Source: an uncultured delta proteobacterium (GTDB taxonomy: Bacteria; Desulfobacterota; Syntrophobacteria; Syntrophobacterales; Syntrophobacteraceae). Taken from it: a stretch of 64,000 nucleotides of DNA. The DNA is taken from contig CAWEHK010000033.1 in NCBI GenBank assembly GCA_963808625.1, positions 64,001-128,000 of the forward strand, given 5' to 3'. Positions 54,543 to 64,000 of the stretch are shown here, piece after piece. How positions within the stretch are numbered: position 1 is the first letter of the stretch; the number at the start of each line of letters is the position of its first letter. The translations under genes and the position numbers were made by a program. Below the pieces are notes generated by a model that ran no database searches, was not told the DNA's origin, and was given only the letters and a program-made list of their open reading frames with translations.

Positions 54543-55016
54543 ATGCCGAATCCGAAATCAGAAATCAGAAACCCAACCAAGGTCGAGGTTTTTACCGACG
54601 GAGCCTGCAACCCGAACCCTGGACCCGGAGGCTGGGGGGCCATATTGCGCTATGGGGAAGTCGAAAAGGAACTTTCCGGGTATGCTCCCATGACCACCAA
54701 CAATCGCATGGAGTTGACGGCGGTCGTGGAAGCACTCCGGGCCATCAAGAGGCCATGCCACCTGACCATTCACACCGACTCGCGCTACCTGAAAGACGGC
54801 ATCACCAGCTGGATTCTCAAGTGGAAGCGAAACGGCTGGAAGACCGCAACGGGCACAGCGGTCAAGAACAAGGACCTGTGGCTTGCCCTGGATGAGGCGA
54901 GTCGGCGCCATGCTATCGAATGGCATTGGGTCAAAGGCCACGTCGGGCACCCTGAGAATGAACGGTGCGACGAGCTCGCTCGTTCGGCAATCATTGAACA
55001 CGCCGCTGGTTCTTGA
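54543..55016 (+). CDS. rnhA: Ribonuclease HI
   Basis: [37 protein letters not shown]. Confidence 0.95.
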   Translation: MPNPKSEIRNPTKVEVFTDGACNPNPGPGGWGAILRYGEVEKELSGYAPMTTNNRMELTAVVEALRAIKRPCHLTIHTDSRYLKDGITSWILKWKRNGWKTATGTAVKNKDLWLALDEASRRHAIEWHWVKGHVGHPENERCDELARSAIIEHAAGS

Positions 55017-55096
55017 AGAATTGCCACGCAGGTCCGGACCATAATCAATGGGAATCGCAGTCCATTAACTTGATCGTATAGGAATTTCCATTTTTT

Positions 55097-55254
55097 TTAC
55101 CGCAGAGGACGCAGAGAAAAGCATTGGAAGCCTCCAATCGTGATTTCGGAACTCTTGAGGGGAGATCTTTACTGCATTGCTAACGTTCAAGCTCTTGAAA
55201 TTCTGTTAAGATTTTTCTCTAAGCTATTGTTCCCTCTGCGCTCTCTGCGGTGAA
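55097..55254. repeat. Inverted-repeat element with CCGCAGAG..CGCAGAG termini
   Basis: 55097-55116 is approximately the reverse complement of 55234-55254. Confidence 0.7.
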
Positions 55255-55430
55255 TTTGTGTTTTGTAGTCCGCCCGAAGGGCGCTAACTCGACGGACCTT
55301 GACGATCAAGAGAACGAACCTTAATAAAACCTTTTGTCGCATTCGAGCGGGGCAACGTTGCAGCGGCCCAATTGTCGTAACCATCGAAGCCTTCCCTCCA
55401 CCGGGGCAGACGGATTTCAAAGGAAGAACC

Positions 55431-57260
55431 ATGGAAACGAAGACGAAATTCTCGCTTTGGTACGTTGTGATCGCGGTCTGGGCGATACTTATCATACAGA
55501 ATTATATCGCCTCGCAATTTACTCCGAGGGTCTTGCCTTACAGTGCGTTTATAAAAGCTCTTAAGGACAATCAGATCATCGAAGTCGTCATTACCGAGGG
55601 CCGTATTGCCGGCAAAATGAAGGTCACCGAAAACGATCAGAGCAAAGAGGTCAACTTTACGACCTATCGGGTGGATATTGATCTCTCCGAAGAGCTCGCC
55701 AAGCACAACGTCATTTTCCGGGGGCAGCCTGAGAACACCTTCCTGCGTGACCTTCTGTCGTGGGTCCTGCCCGCCCTCATTTTCTTCGGCCTCTGGTTTC
55801 TTCTCATGAAGCGGTTCAGTCCCGGCGCCGGGATGATGTCCTTCGGGAGGAACAAGGCCAAGGTTTATGCGGAAAAAGAGATCGAAACCCGCTTCGAGGA
55901 TGTCGCGGGTGCGGATGAGGCCAAAGCGGAACTGGTCGAGGTCGTGGACTATCTTAAAGAGCCCCAGCGCTATCAGCAGCTTGGGGGAAGGATGCCCAAG
56001 GGCGTTTTGCTGGTCGGCCCGCCCGGTACGGGCAAGACGCTGCTGGCGCGTGCCGTTGCCGGTGAAGCGAGTGTCCCTTTTTTTAGTATAAGCGGGTCTG
56101 AGTTTGTCGAGATGTTTGTGGGTGTTGGCGCGGCAAGGGTGCGCGAGCTCTTCCAACAGGCCCGGGAAAAGGCCCCGTGTATTATCTTTATTGATGAACT
56201 GGACGCCATCGGCAAAGCCCGGGGGGCAATGACCATCGGCGGCCACGATGAACGGGAGCAGACCCTGAACCAGCTTCTCGTTGAAATGGATGGGTTTGAT
56301 CCACGGGTGGGCGTGGTCATTCTGGCCGCGACCAACCGTCCGGAAACCCTGGACCCTGCCCTGCTCCGAGCCGGGCGGTTCGATCGGCAGGTTCTCGTGG
56401 ATCGGCCCGATGTCAACGGGCGTGAGGCTATTCTCAGGATTCATGTAAAGAAAGTCAAGGTGGCTGAGAGCGTTGACCTGAGGGTCATTGCGCAGAAGAC
56501 TCCCGGCTTCTCGGGGGCGGATCTCGCCAATGTGATCAATGAAGCCGCTCTGCTTGCGGCGCGCAAAAACAAGAGCGCCATCGAGATGGAAGACCTGGAC
56601 GAAGCGGTCGACCGCATTATCGCCGGCCTTGAAAAGAAGAACCGGGTGATCAATCCGAAAGAAAAACAAATCGTCGCCCATCACGAGACCGGACACGCCC
56701 TGGTTGCCGCTTTTACGCCCGGGGCCGACAAGGTCCACAAGATTTCCATCATCCCCCGAGGCATCGCCGCTCTCGGCTACACCCAGCAGTTGCCGACCGA
56801 GGACCGTTACCTCATGACGCGCCAGGAGCTCATGGGAAAGATCGACGTGCTCCTCGGGGGGAGGATGGCTGAGGAAATCGTCTTCGGCGACATCTCCACG
56901 GGCGCGCATAATGATTTGCAGCGGGCCACCGACATCGCCCGGGCCATGGTTTCCGAGTACGGGATGGGGAGGACGCTCGGGCTCTCCACTTATCCGCGCC
57001 AGAACCGACCGATGTTCCTGAGTCCCGAGCAGGGCCCGCTGGTCGGGAAGGAGTACAGTGAAGCAACCGCGGCCAAGCTGGACGATGAGGTCAAAGACCT
57101 GATCACGGAGAGGGCTGTCGGCGTCCGCGAACTGCTCTCGCGAAACCGCGGGCTGCTCGAGGAAATAGCCGGAGAGCTCCTGAAGAAGGAAGTAATGGAG
57201 AGCGAAGAATTTTACCGGTTGGTGGATACTCACCGAATGGTCGCGAAGCTTGACCTTTAG
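55431..57260 (+). CDS. ftsH: ATP-dependent zinc metalloprotease FtsH
   Basis: Two TM segments, [15 protein letters not shown] (RAGRFDR), HETGH. Confidence 0.95.
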   Translation: METKTKFSLWYVVIAVWAILIIQNYIASQFTPRVLPYSAFIKALKDNQIIEVVITEGRIAGKMKVTENDQSKEVNFTTYRVDIDLSEELAKHNVIFRGQPENTFLRDLLSWVLPALIFFGLWFLLMKRFSPGAGMMSFGRNKAKVYAEKEIETRFEDVAGADEAKAELVEVVDYLKEPQRYQQLGGRMPKGVLLVGPPGTGKTLLARAVAGEASVPFFSISGSEFVEMFVGVGAARVRELFQQAREKAPCIIFIDELDAIGKARGAMTIGGHDEREQTLNQLLVEMDGFDPRVGVVILAATNRPETLDPALLRAGRFDRQVLVDRPDVNGREAILRIHVKKVKVAESVDLRVIAQKTPGFSGADLANVINEAALLAARKNKSAIEMEDLDEAVDRIIAGLEKKNRVINPKEKQIVAHHETGHALVAAFTPGADKVHKISIIPRGIAALGYTQQLPTEDRYLMTRQELMGKIDVLLGGRMAEEIVFGDISTGAHNDLQRATDIARAMVSEYGMGRTLGLSTYPRQNRPMFLSPEQGPLVGKEYSEATAAKLDDEVKDLITERAVGVRELLSRNRGLLEEIAGELLKKEVMESEEFYRLVDTHRMVAKLDL

Positions 57261-57271
57261 AAGTGGAGCAT

Positions 57272-58687
57272 ATGAGAGCATCGGGAATCGCTTTTCTGAT
57301 CAGCATGCTGGGGCTCATGTTTGCCTCTTCCTGCTCGCACAACCCGGCAGCTTTCGATGAGGGCAAGTGGCGCAAGCAGGTGGAGGGTCAGAGCGTCGAA
57401 AAGCTTTACGCGGCCCATTTCAGCGACGGGCAGTACGGCAATCCCTGGATGCCCTTGCAGCATGGCGGGTTCTGGCGCCTTTTGAAATGGCGGTTAGCAG
57501 GCAAGGCCAAGTATTCGGAGGAAGAGCAAAATTACCAACCGAAATTCATCCCGGAACTGAAGAAGCGGCTCGAAGCTATGCCGGAAGGGGATTTCATCGC
57601 CTGGATCGGGCACGCCACCTTTCTCCTGCGACTTCAGGGGGATTATTGGATCACCGATCCCATGTTTTCGAAACGCGCCCTTCTCCCCAAGCGTGTTACG
57701 CCACCGGCCATTACCGGCAAGGAATTGGCTGATTTGACACCGCGCTTGAACGTATTGATTTCCCATAACCATTACGATCACCTCGACGTCGAGAGCATTC
57801 GTTCCTTGCCGCCCGAGTCGCGGATCTATGTTCCCCTCGGTCTTAAGAAGTTTGTCGAGGAAATCCACAAAGGTGTGGTGAAGGAGCTCGACTGGTGGCA
57901 GGAAATCCCTTTGGGAGATGGGAAGAAGCTGGTCTGTCTGCCGGCTCAGCACTGGTCGAGGCGAATCGGGCAGGGCTACAATGAAACGCTTTGGGCCAGT
58001 TTTTTGCTGATTACCCCCGAGACCTCGGTCTATTACGGGGGCGACAGCGGTTATTTCATCGGCTACAAGGAGATCGGAAGACGCTTCCCGGGCATCGATT
58101 TCGCCCTGCTTTCGACCACCGCCTACCATCCGCGATGGTTCATGCATTACGCACACAAGAGCATTCCTGAAGCTCTCGATGCTTTTCACGATCTCGGCGC
58201 GAAGCATTTCATCCCAACCCAGTGGGGCACCTTCCAGCTCGGCGATGAGCCTCCCGGCTATGCGGCACTGGACTTGACGAGGACCATCGAAGCAAGTAAG
58301 CTCAACCCCTCCCGGTTTATCATCATGGACATTGGGGAGATTCGTCCGATGCACAAGGCGGCCATGCGGAAGGCGGGTGAGCGGGCGCTCCATGGTTCCC
58401 AAGCTGGAGCTTGGGAACCAGGGACGGTGAAACACGCGGGCAAACAAGTATCGTTCATGATCGTTAGTATGAAGTTGGATGAAGTGAAAGGATTTGATTA
58501 TGAAAAGATCTTCCGGTTTCAAACGACATTGGTGGCTGATTACTGTCGCAGTTTTGTTTTTGCTGAACCTTGGTCTTTTGGCGAACTTGACCGAAGCAGC
58601 CGGGATCAAGGACTCGGAGTCGGCCACGCACGGGGGCGAGGACGCTTTTCACCAGATTGTGGACACGTACAAGTTCCCCGGCTTTGA
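57272..58687 (+). CDS. MBL-fold metallo-hydrolase lipoprotein (NAPE-PLD/RomA-like); true end probably near 58380
   Basis: Lipobox ASSC, WIGHATF, TDP.FS, SHNHYDHLD, PAQHWS.R, GDSGY. Confidence 0.8.
   Translation: MRASGIAFLISMLGLMFASSCSHNPAAFDEGKWRKQVEGQSVEKLYAAHFSDGQYGNPWMPLQHGGFWRLLKWRLAGKAKYSEEEQNYQPKFIPELKKRLEAMPEGDFIAWIGHATFLLRLQGDYWITDPMFSKRALLPKRVTPPAITGKELADLTPRLNVLISHNHYDHLDVESIRSLPPESRIYVPLGLKKFVEEIHKGVVKELDWWQEIPLGDGKKLVCLPAQHWSRRIGQGYNETLWASFLLITPETSVYYGGDSGYFIGYKEIGRRFPGIDFALLSTTAYHPRWFMHYAHKSIPEALDAFHDLGAKHFIPTQWGTFQLGDEPPGYAALDLTRTIEASKLNPSRFIIMDIGEIRPMHKAAMRKAGERALHGSQAGAWEPGTVKHAGKQVSFMIVSMKLDEVKGFDYEKIFRFQTTLVADYCRSFVFAEPWSFGELDRSSRDQGLGVGHARGRGRFSPDCGHVQVPRL
58393..58420. 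repeat. REP-like perfect palindrome
   Basis: TGGTTCCCAAGCT-GG-AGCTTGGGAACCA. Confidence 0.75.
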
Positions 58688-60539
58688 GATTGTGCAGTTC
58701 AATCTGCCGGTGTTGAGCCACTACTCCTACCTGCTGGTTTCCGGCAAGGAGGCGCTGGTGGTTGACCCGAACCGGGATATCAACGCCTACCTCGACCATG
58801 CAAAAAAGCACGGTCTGACGATCAAGGGCGTCTTTCTCACCCACTCCCACGCCGACTTTGTCGCCGGGCATCTGGAATTGGTACGGTCATTGAAGGTGCC
58901 GATCTACCAAAATGCGGCCAGCGGCGCGAAATATAAAATCGAAGCGCTTCAGGAAGGCTCCTCATTTAAAGTGGGCGTTGCCACGGTAAAAGTCATGGTG
59001 ACCCCCGGCCACACGCCTGACGGCATGTGCGGCTTGGTTTTCTCCGAGGGGGATGCGCAGCCAAAGGCCATTCTCACGGGTGATACCTTGTTCGTGGGCT
59101 CGATTGGAAGGCCGGATCTGCTCGAAGGGAAAATGACGGCTGCCACCCTGGCCTCCATGAGCTTCGATACCTGGCACAATAAGCTCTCCAAACTGCCGGA
59201 CACGGTCCTGGTGCTGCCTGCGCACGGTGCGGGATCTTTGTGCGGCGCCCACCTGTCCGACGATCCGGCATCAACCATCGGCAGGGAAAGGTCATCCAAT
59301 CCCTACCTGCAGCACAAGGGCCGGAGTGAGTTCATCGCGGCGGTGCTGGAAGGTCTGCCGGAAGCGCCGCAGTACTTCAAACACAACGCGGCCATGAACC
59401 GCGAAGGACCGCCGCTGGTATCCTGGGATGCCGCGCCCGCGCAGGCAAAGGTGGATGAATCCATCACCAGGGTGGAAGAACAATGGCTGGTGGACCTGCG
59501 GGACGCCAAGCTTTACGCCGACGGGCATGTGCCCGGGTCGATAAACATTGGACTGCGGGGTCGGCTGGAAAGTTGGGTGGGCATCATGGTGCCGTGGAAG
59601 CGCGCCGATGGTGCTGATCGGCTCCCCGGCGGAAATCAAGGAGGCGGTCTTTCGTCTGCATCGGGTGGCCTACACGGGATCGGTGTTGCCGTTCGAAGCC
59701 TGGACCAAAGCCGGCCTGCCTCTTGCCAAGAGCGGGACCATCAAGCCCGGCGAACTCTACGCTCAAATGCAGGACGGCACCGCTCCGATCATCGTGGACG
59801 TGCGCATGCCCAGTGAATGGATGGCTCTGCGCATCGGGACGGTGGTGAATTTGCCCATCAACCACCTGGGTGAGCTTTCCGGCAAACTCGATCCGAGCTT
59901 GCCGGTAGTGGCGGTGTGCAACAGCGCGTATCGGTCGAGTCTGGCGGTGGGCATCCTGCAGCGGAAAGGATTCAAACAGGTTTCCAGCCTCGAGGGGGGC
60001 AGCGCCGCATGGATTGAAGCGGGCTATCCGGTATTTGGCAGCGAAAAGAAAGCCGCCGTCTCCGCTTCACCCAAGCGTCAGGTTCCTCTTGCGGAGCGGA
60101 TTTCGCCGGCGGATTTGAACGACTGATGAAGGATATGCCCGGGACCTTTGATCTGGTGGACATCCGCCCGCCCGAGGCCTTTCAGGATTATGCCTTGCCT
60201 GGATCGATCAATGCCGACCTGGCAGATGTCTTGTCGAATGCTGCGTATCTTACGGGCGCAGGGCCGCTGATCATCGTGGATCGTGACGGCTCTCTGGCGA
60301 TGATGGTTGCCGGCATCCTTTCACAGAAGACGAAGCGGCCAATCAAGGCCTTGTACGGCGGGCTGGATGGCTTCTGGGAAGAGACGGAACTGAAGAGCGC
60401 GGTGCGCTCCGTGCCTCTTCCCGGCGCTGGCTCAGGACTCAAGGCGGCCCCGGCGGGATCCCCGGCCCCGCAGTCGGCAACTCCTGCACCCCCGCCGACT
60501 GCTCCTGCCGCTCCCAAGAAGAAGTCTGCCGGTTGCTGA
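58500..60539 (+). CDS. Exported MBL-fold (persulfide dioxygenase/CstB-like) plus multi-rhodanese protein; frameshifted
   Basis: Signal peptide, THSHADFVAGH, TPGHTP, GDTLF..IGRPDL, PAHGAGSLCG; three rhodanese repeats (one with CNSAYR); tail KKKSAGC. Confidence 0.8.
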
Positions 60540-60556
60540 GTCATTCAGCATGACCT

Positions 60557-60633
60557 TTCACCACGAAGAGCACCAAAGACACAAAATGATTTCTTCGTGT
60601 CTCTTCGCATCCTTCGTGTGCTTTCGTGATGAA
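60557..60633. repeat. Imperfect inverted repeat of the CACGAAG family
   Basis: ttcaccacgaag...cttcgtg...cgtgatgaaa between genes. Confidence 0.55.
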
Positions 60634-60700
60634 ACAACGTCGAAAGGACTGCAGGTTGTTTTTGGACGCTTGCCAACCCGTCATCGAAGAGGAATCGACC

Positions 60701-61231
60701 ATGAACCGATGCCAATCCGCTCATTCCGACGGCCCCAGGCCATACATGAACCCTTATCTGGCCGGCCTCATGTTGGGGTTTGTGCTTCTGGCCAGTTTCC
60801 TGATCCTGGGAGTCGGGCTGGGAGCTTCCTCCGGTATCGCCCGTGCCGGCGCCTATGTGCAAAGCGTTCTGATGCCGCAGCATGTTGCTGAGAGTGCATA
60901 CTTCGGTGCTTGGGGGAGGAATCCGTTGCGATACTATCTGGTCTTTATGTTTGTCGGCACCCTCATCGGGGGCTTGGTGTCCGCCATCCTGGGACGGCGC
61001 ATCCGGCCGCAACTCGAGCGTGGGCCGACGGCTTCGCCCCAACTTCGTATCGTGCTGGCGCTGGTGGGCGGGATCCTTGCGGGTTTTGCCAGCCGCCTGG
61101 CTTCCGGGTGCACCTCCGGCCAGGCCCTTACCGGTGGGGCGATGCTGACCAGCGGCAGCCTGCTTTTTCTCGTGTCTCTCTTTGCCAGTGGTTATGCGGT
61201 GGCATGGTTTGTCAGGAGGCAATGGTCATGA
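60701..61231 (+). CDS. YeeE/YedE (thiosulfate/sulfur transporter family) protein
   Basis: NPYLAG, GLGAS, RLASGCTSGQ. Confidence 0.85.
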   Translation: MNRCQSAHSDGPRPYMNPYLAGLMLGFVLLASFLILGVGLGASSGIARAGAYVQSVLMPQHVAESAYFGAWGRNPLRYYLVFMFVGTLIGGLVSAILGRRIRPQLERGPTASPQLRIVLALVGGILAGFASRLASGCTSGQALTGGAMLTSGSLLFLVSLFASGYAVAWFVRRQWS

Positions 61232-63216
61232 TCACAACCTTCTTTGGCGACGGCGCTCTGGACAGCAGCGCAGCTTTGGTGGTTTCACTGCTGGTGGGTT
61301 TCGGCTTTGGTTTTGCGCTCGAGCGGGCGGGCTTCGGGAGCTCCAAGAGGCTGGCCGGAATCTTCTATCTTCGCGACATGACCGTGCTGCGCGTCATGTT
61401 CACGGCCATGATCACGGCCATGCTCGGCCTGCAGCTGGCCCTGTTGCTGGGCGTCATAACTTTGGACCAGATCTATTTTTTACCCACCGTCTACGGTGCC
61501 CAAATTGTGGGTGGCCTGCTCTTTGGAGTCGGTTTCGCCCTGGGCGGCTGGTGTCCGGGTACGGCTGCCGTGGGATTGGCTTCGGGTCGTCTGGACGCCT
61601 TGATCTTCCTTCTGGGAGCGGCGCTTGGCAGCGTCCTCTTCAATGAGCTCTACAGCTTGCTTGAACCCCTCTACACCTGGGGCGACAGTGGTGTGAAATT
61701 CGCGTGGGCAGCTCTGGGTCTGTCCGCCTCGTTATTTGCTTTGATTTTTTCGGGTTTTGGAGTGGGCGCATTTTGGCTCTCGGAATGGATCGAGAGGAGA
61801 ACAGCAGGTGCCGGCCCCTACCTCGGCAGTCCCTTCCTGAAGGCTTTCAGCGTGGCCATTCTAGTCAGTGCGCTTGCCGTGGCGGTGCTGCCAACGGACG
61901 GCGCGCGGCAGCAACTCGCCCAAACCCGTCCCGTTAGCGATGCGACCCTCCTCCAGGCCATGGAAGCCGGAGAAGATCACCTATGAACCGGAAGAGCTGG
62001 CCGACCGTATCATGGCCGGCGACCCGGCCCTGTTGCTGGTAGATATTCGTACACCGGCCGAGTTTGCGAGCTTTCACATCAAGGGGGCGGTGAACAGTTC
62101 CGCTGCCGATCTGCCGGAAATGCTCGCTCCCCTGAAGAACAAGGGAGCCATCGTCCTTTACTCGAACGGCATGACACACCCCGCCCAGGTCAGGGACACG
62201 CTGGCACGAATGGGCTTCGGCAATGTTTATCTGCTGACCGATGGTTTGCAGGGGTTCATGCACCGCGTGCTCAAGCCCATATCGCTCCGGGAGGCGGTGC
62301 TGACGGACGACATGAAGACCAGGGTGACGGCGTGGCGGAATTTTTTCCTGAGCGATGAGGCTCCCCGGAACGCAGTCTCGGCAGCATGCCGTGGTGAATC
62401 CCCCCGGCTGGTCGAACCGGCATGGCTGAATGAAAACCTTGAACGCGGCGACCTGCGAATCATCGAGGTACGTTCCCAGCCGGCCTACAACGGCGGCCAC
62501 CTTCCCGGTTCCGTGCGGATGGACCCCGAGCACTTCCGCGGGGTGATCGGCGGCGTGTCGTCCATGTTGCTGCCCGCTGACATGATTGCTCAGCACCTTG
62601 GCCTGGTGGGAATCAAGCCGGAAACGACGGTCATCATCGTACCAAGTGAGAAGCTCCAGGACGCAACCCTCGTGGGAATCGCCCTCGAACGGGCCGGTCA
62701 CCGGCGCTACGCCATTCTCGATGGCGGCTGGGAGAAGTGGCGGGCGGAGCAGCGACCGGTCGATACCGGGCTTCCCAAAATCACCGCTACGGATTATCCG
62801 GTGCCCAAACATGCCGATTCGTTTACCGTGGATTACCTGACGGTGCTGGAATACTCGCAGCGCAGGAGTGCCGTCATTCTCGATGTGCGGCCCGCAGACT
62901 TCTACACGGGATTAAAGTCCGATGAAGCGCGTGCCGGCCATATCCCCGGCGCGGTCAACAGGCCCTTTAACGCTGATCTGACAACCATGAAGGCGTCACG
63001 AGATTCAAACCGGTCGCAGAACTCCAGGAAGCCTATGACAGACTGATCGCCTCCAAAGATGCAACGGTGGTGGTCACCTGCCGAACGGGTCATCAGGCCA
63101 GTCAAACTTGGTTTGTACTCAGGTACCTGCTGGGCTACAAAAATGTCTTGTGGTACGACGGCGGTTGGGCGGAGTGGTCCAGCCGGCCGGAGTTGCCGGT
63201 TGAGACGATTAAGTAG
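61228..63216 (+). CDS. YeeE/YedE + rhodanese + tandem-domain sulfurtransferase fusion; frameshifted
   Basis: GFALERAGF, GWCPGT; rhodanese domain; GHIPGA, active site CRTGHQ, YDGGWAEW. Frameshifts near 61982 and 62985. Confidence 0.8.
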
Positions 63217-63237
63217 GTAAGCCTGGAACGGCAGTTG

Positions 63238-63969
63238 ATGAGAAGAGCGTCTTCCCGCACCATCCTGGTGGTCCTCATGGCAGTGATCCTCATTTCTGGA
63301 GGGGTAGCGCTGCTTTGGGACTCGCCATACCCGGCCGTGCTGGGGTCCCACCTGCGGCGGGTGTGGGCCTACCTTCAGGACAAAGAACAAATCCGCAGCA
63401 TGACGGAATCATGGGGACAGTGGGGCCCGCTCTTCCTGATCCTCTTCCAGGCCATACAGGTCGTGGTCGTTCCCATCCCCGGTGAGACCACCACCGGTTT
63501 GGTGAGCGGCTTTCTCTACGGCCCCTGGCTGGGCGCCCTTTACACCATGGTGGGCCTCACCCTGGGTTCGGTGTTGGGATTCTTTTTGGGCCACTGGCTG
63601 GGGGATCATATCATCAACCGACTGATCTCCCAGGCATCCCGGAAGCGTCTCGATGAAATGATGCGGCATCAGGGAGGTCTGGCGGCACTCCTTGTCTTTG
63701 CCCTGCCCTACTTCCCCAAGGACTATTTCTGTATAGGTTTGGGGATGGCGGGTATGCCCCTGAAAATATTTCTGGTGGCGGTGATCGCCGGCCGCCTTCC
63801 CAATGCCCTCTTGTTCAATCTCCAGGGAGCGTACCTTTACGAGGGGAATTATCTGAGCTTTTTCCTTCTCCTGAGCGGCTTTCTGACCTTTGCGGCCGTG
63901 GTCTTCCTGTGCCGGGAGCGCCTCTCCCGCTTGTTTGAGCGTTTGGGGCAGTCTTCAGACGAGAAATGA
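63238..63969 (+). CDS. TVP38/TMEM64 (VTT/DedA) membrane protein
   Basis: QVVVVPIPGE, GFLYGPW.G, P.FPKD, GRLP. Confidence 0.85.
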   Translation: MRRASSRTILVVLMAVILISGGVALLWDSPYPAVLGSHLRRVWAYLQDKEQIRSMTESWGQWGPLFLILFQAIQVVVVPIPGETTTGLVSGFLYGPWLGALYTMVGLTLGSVLGFFLGHWLGDHIINRLISQASRKRLDEMMRHQGGLAALLVFALPYFPKDYFCIGLGMAGMPLKIFLVAVIAGRLPNALLFNLQGAYLYEGNYLSFFLLLSGFLTFAAVVFLCRERLSRLFERLGQSSDEK

Positions 63970-64000
63970 CCCCCTGACACAGGGCAGTTTCTTCAGCCGT

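Noticed and set aside
55284..57281. 665-aa - strand ORF
   Set aside because: Antisense shadow of ftsH.
58380..58687. C-terminal extension of the MBL lipoprotein
   Set aside because: It crosses a REP-like palindrome and overlaps the next gene; probably a lost stop or an indel.
60534..60556. Cys-UGA followed by a short hairpin (possible selenocysteine/SECIS)
   Set aside because: The stem is only 5-6 bp, readthrough runs into a repeat element, and a C-terminal GC is a plausible natural end.

Overview
This is a chromosomal window from an anaerobic bacterium, probably a Syntrophobacterales/Desulfobacterota-type deltaproteobacterium (inferred from gene content). Most of it is housekeeping or metabolic. 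It carries futalosine-type ubiD/ubiA genes, rlmD, PBP1b with an LpoP-like lipoprotein, fabH, hopanoid genes (hpnA/H/G), an ABC transporter with glpB/glpA, cspA, cstA, tamB, putA, livKHMGF, tRNA-Gly, rnhA, ftsH, two intact toxin-antitoxin pairs and a YeeE/rhodanese sulfur cluster. Many genes have 1-nt frameshifts, most likely long-read assembly errors; a few are true deletion remnants. Main leads: (1) a DUF4062-NACHT-FGE/C-type-lectin gene whose 3' end has the codon signature of a diversity-generating-retroelement (DGR) variable region, with no reverse transcriptase (RT) or template repeat (TR) seen in the window; (2) an unannotated 394-aa protein with RelA/SpoT synthetase-like motifs in the correct order; (3) a PBP1b with a degenerate transpeptidase site; (4) an exported MBL-rhodanese/YeeE sulfur relay; (5) a catalytically eroded Tpt1/KptA homolog; (6) many 7-9-bp tandem repeats and REP-like palindromes, including an in-frame insertion in PutA. 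All calls are by-eye motif recognition; no database searches were run.
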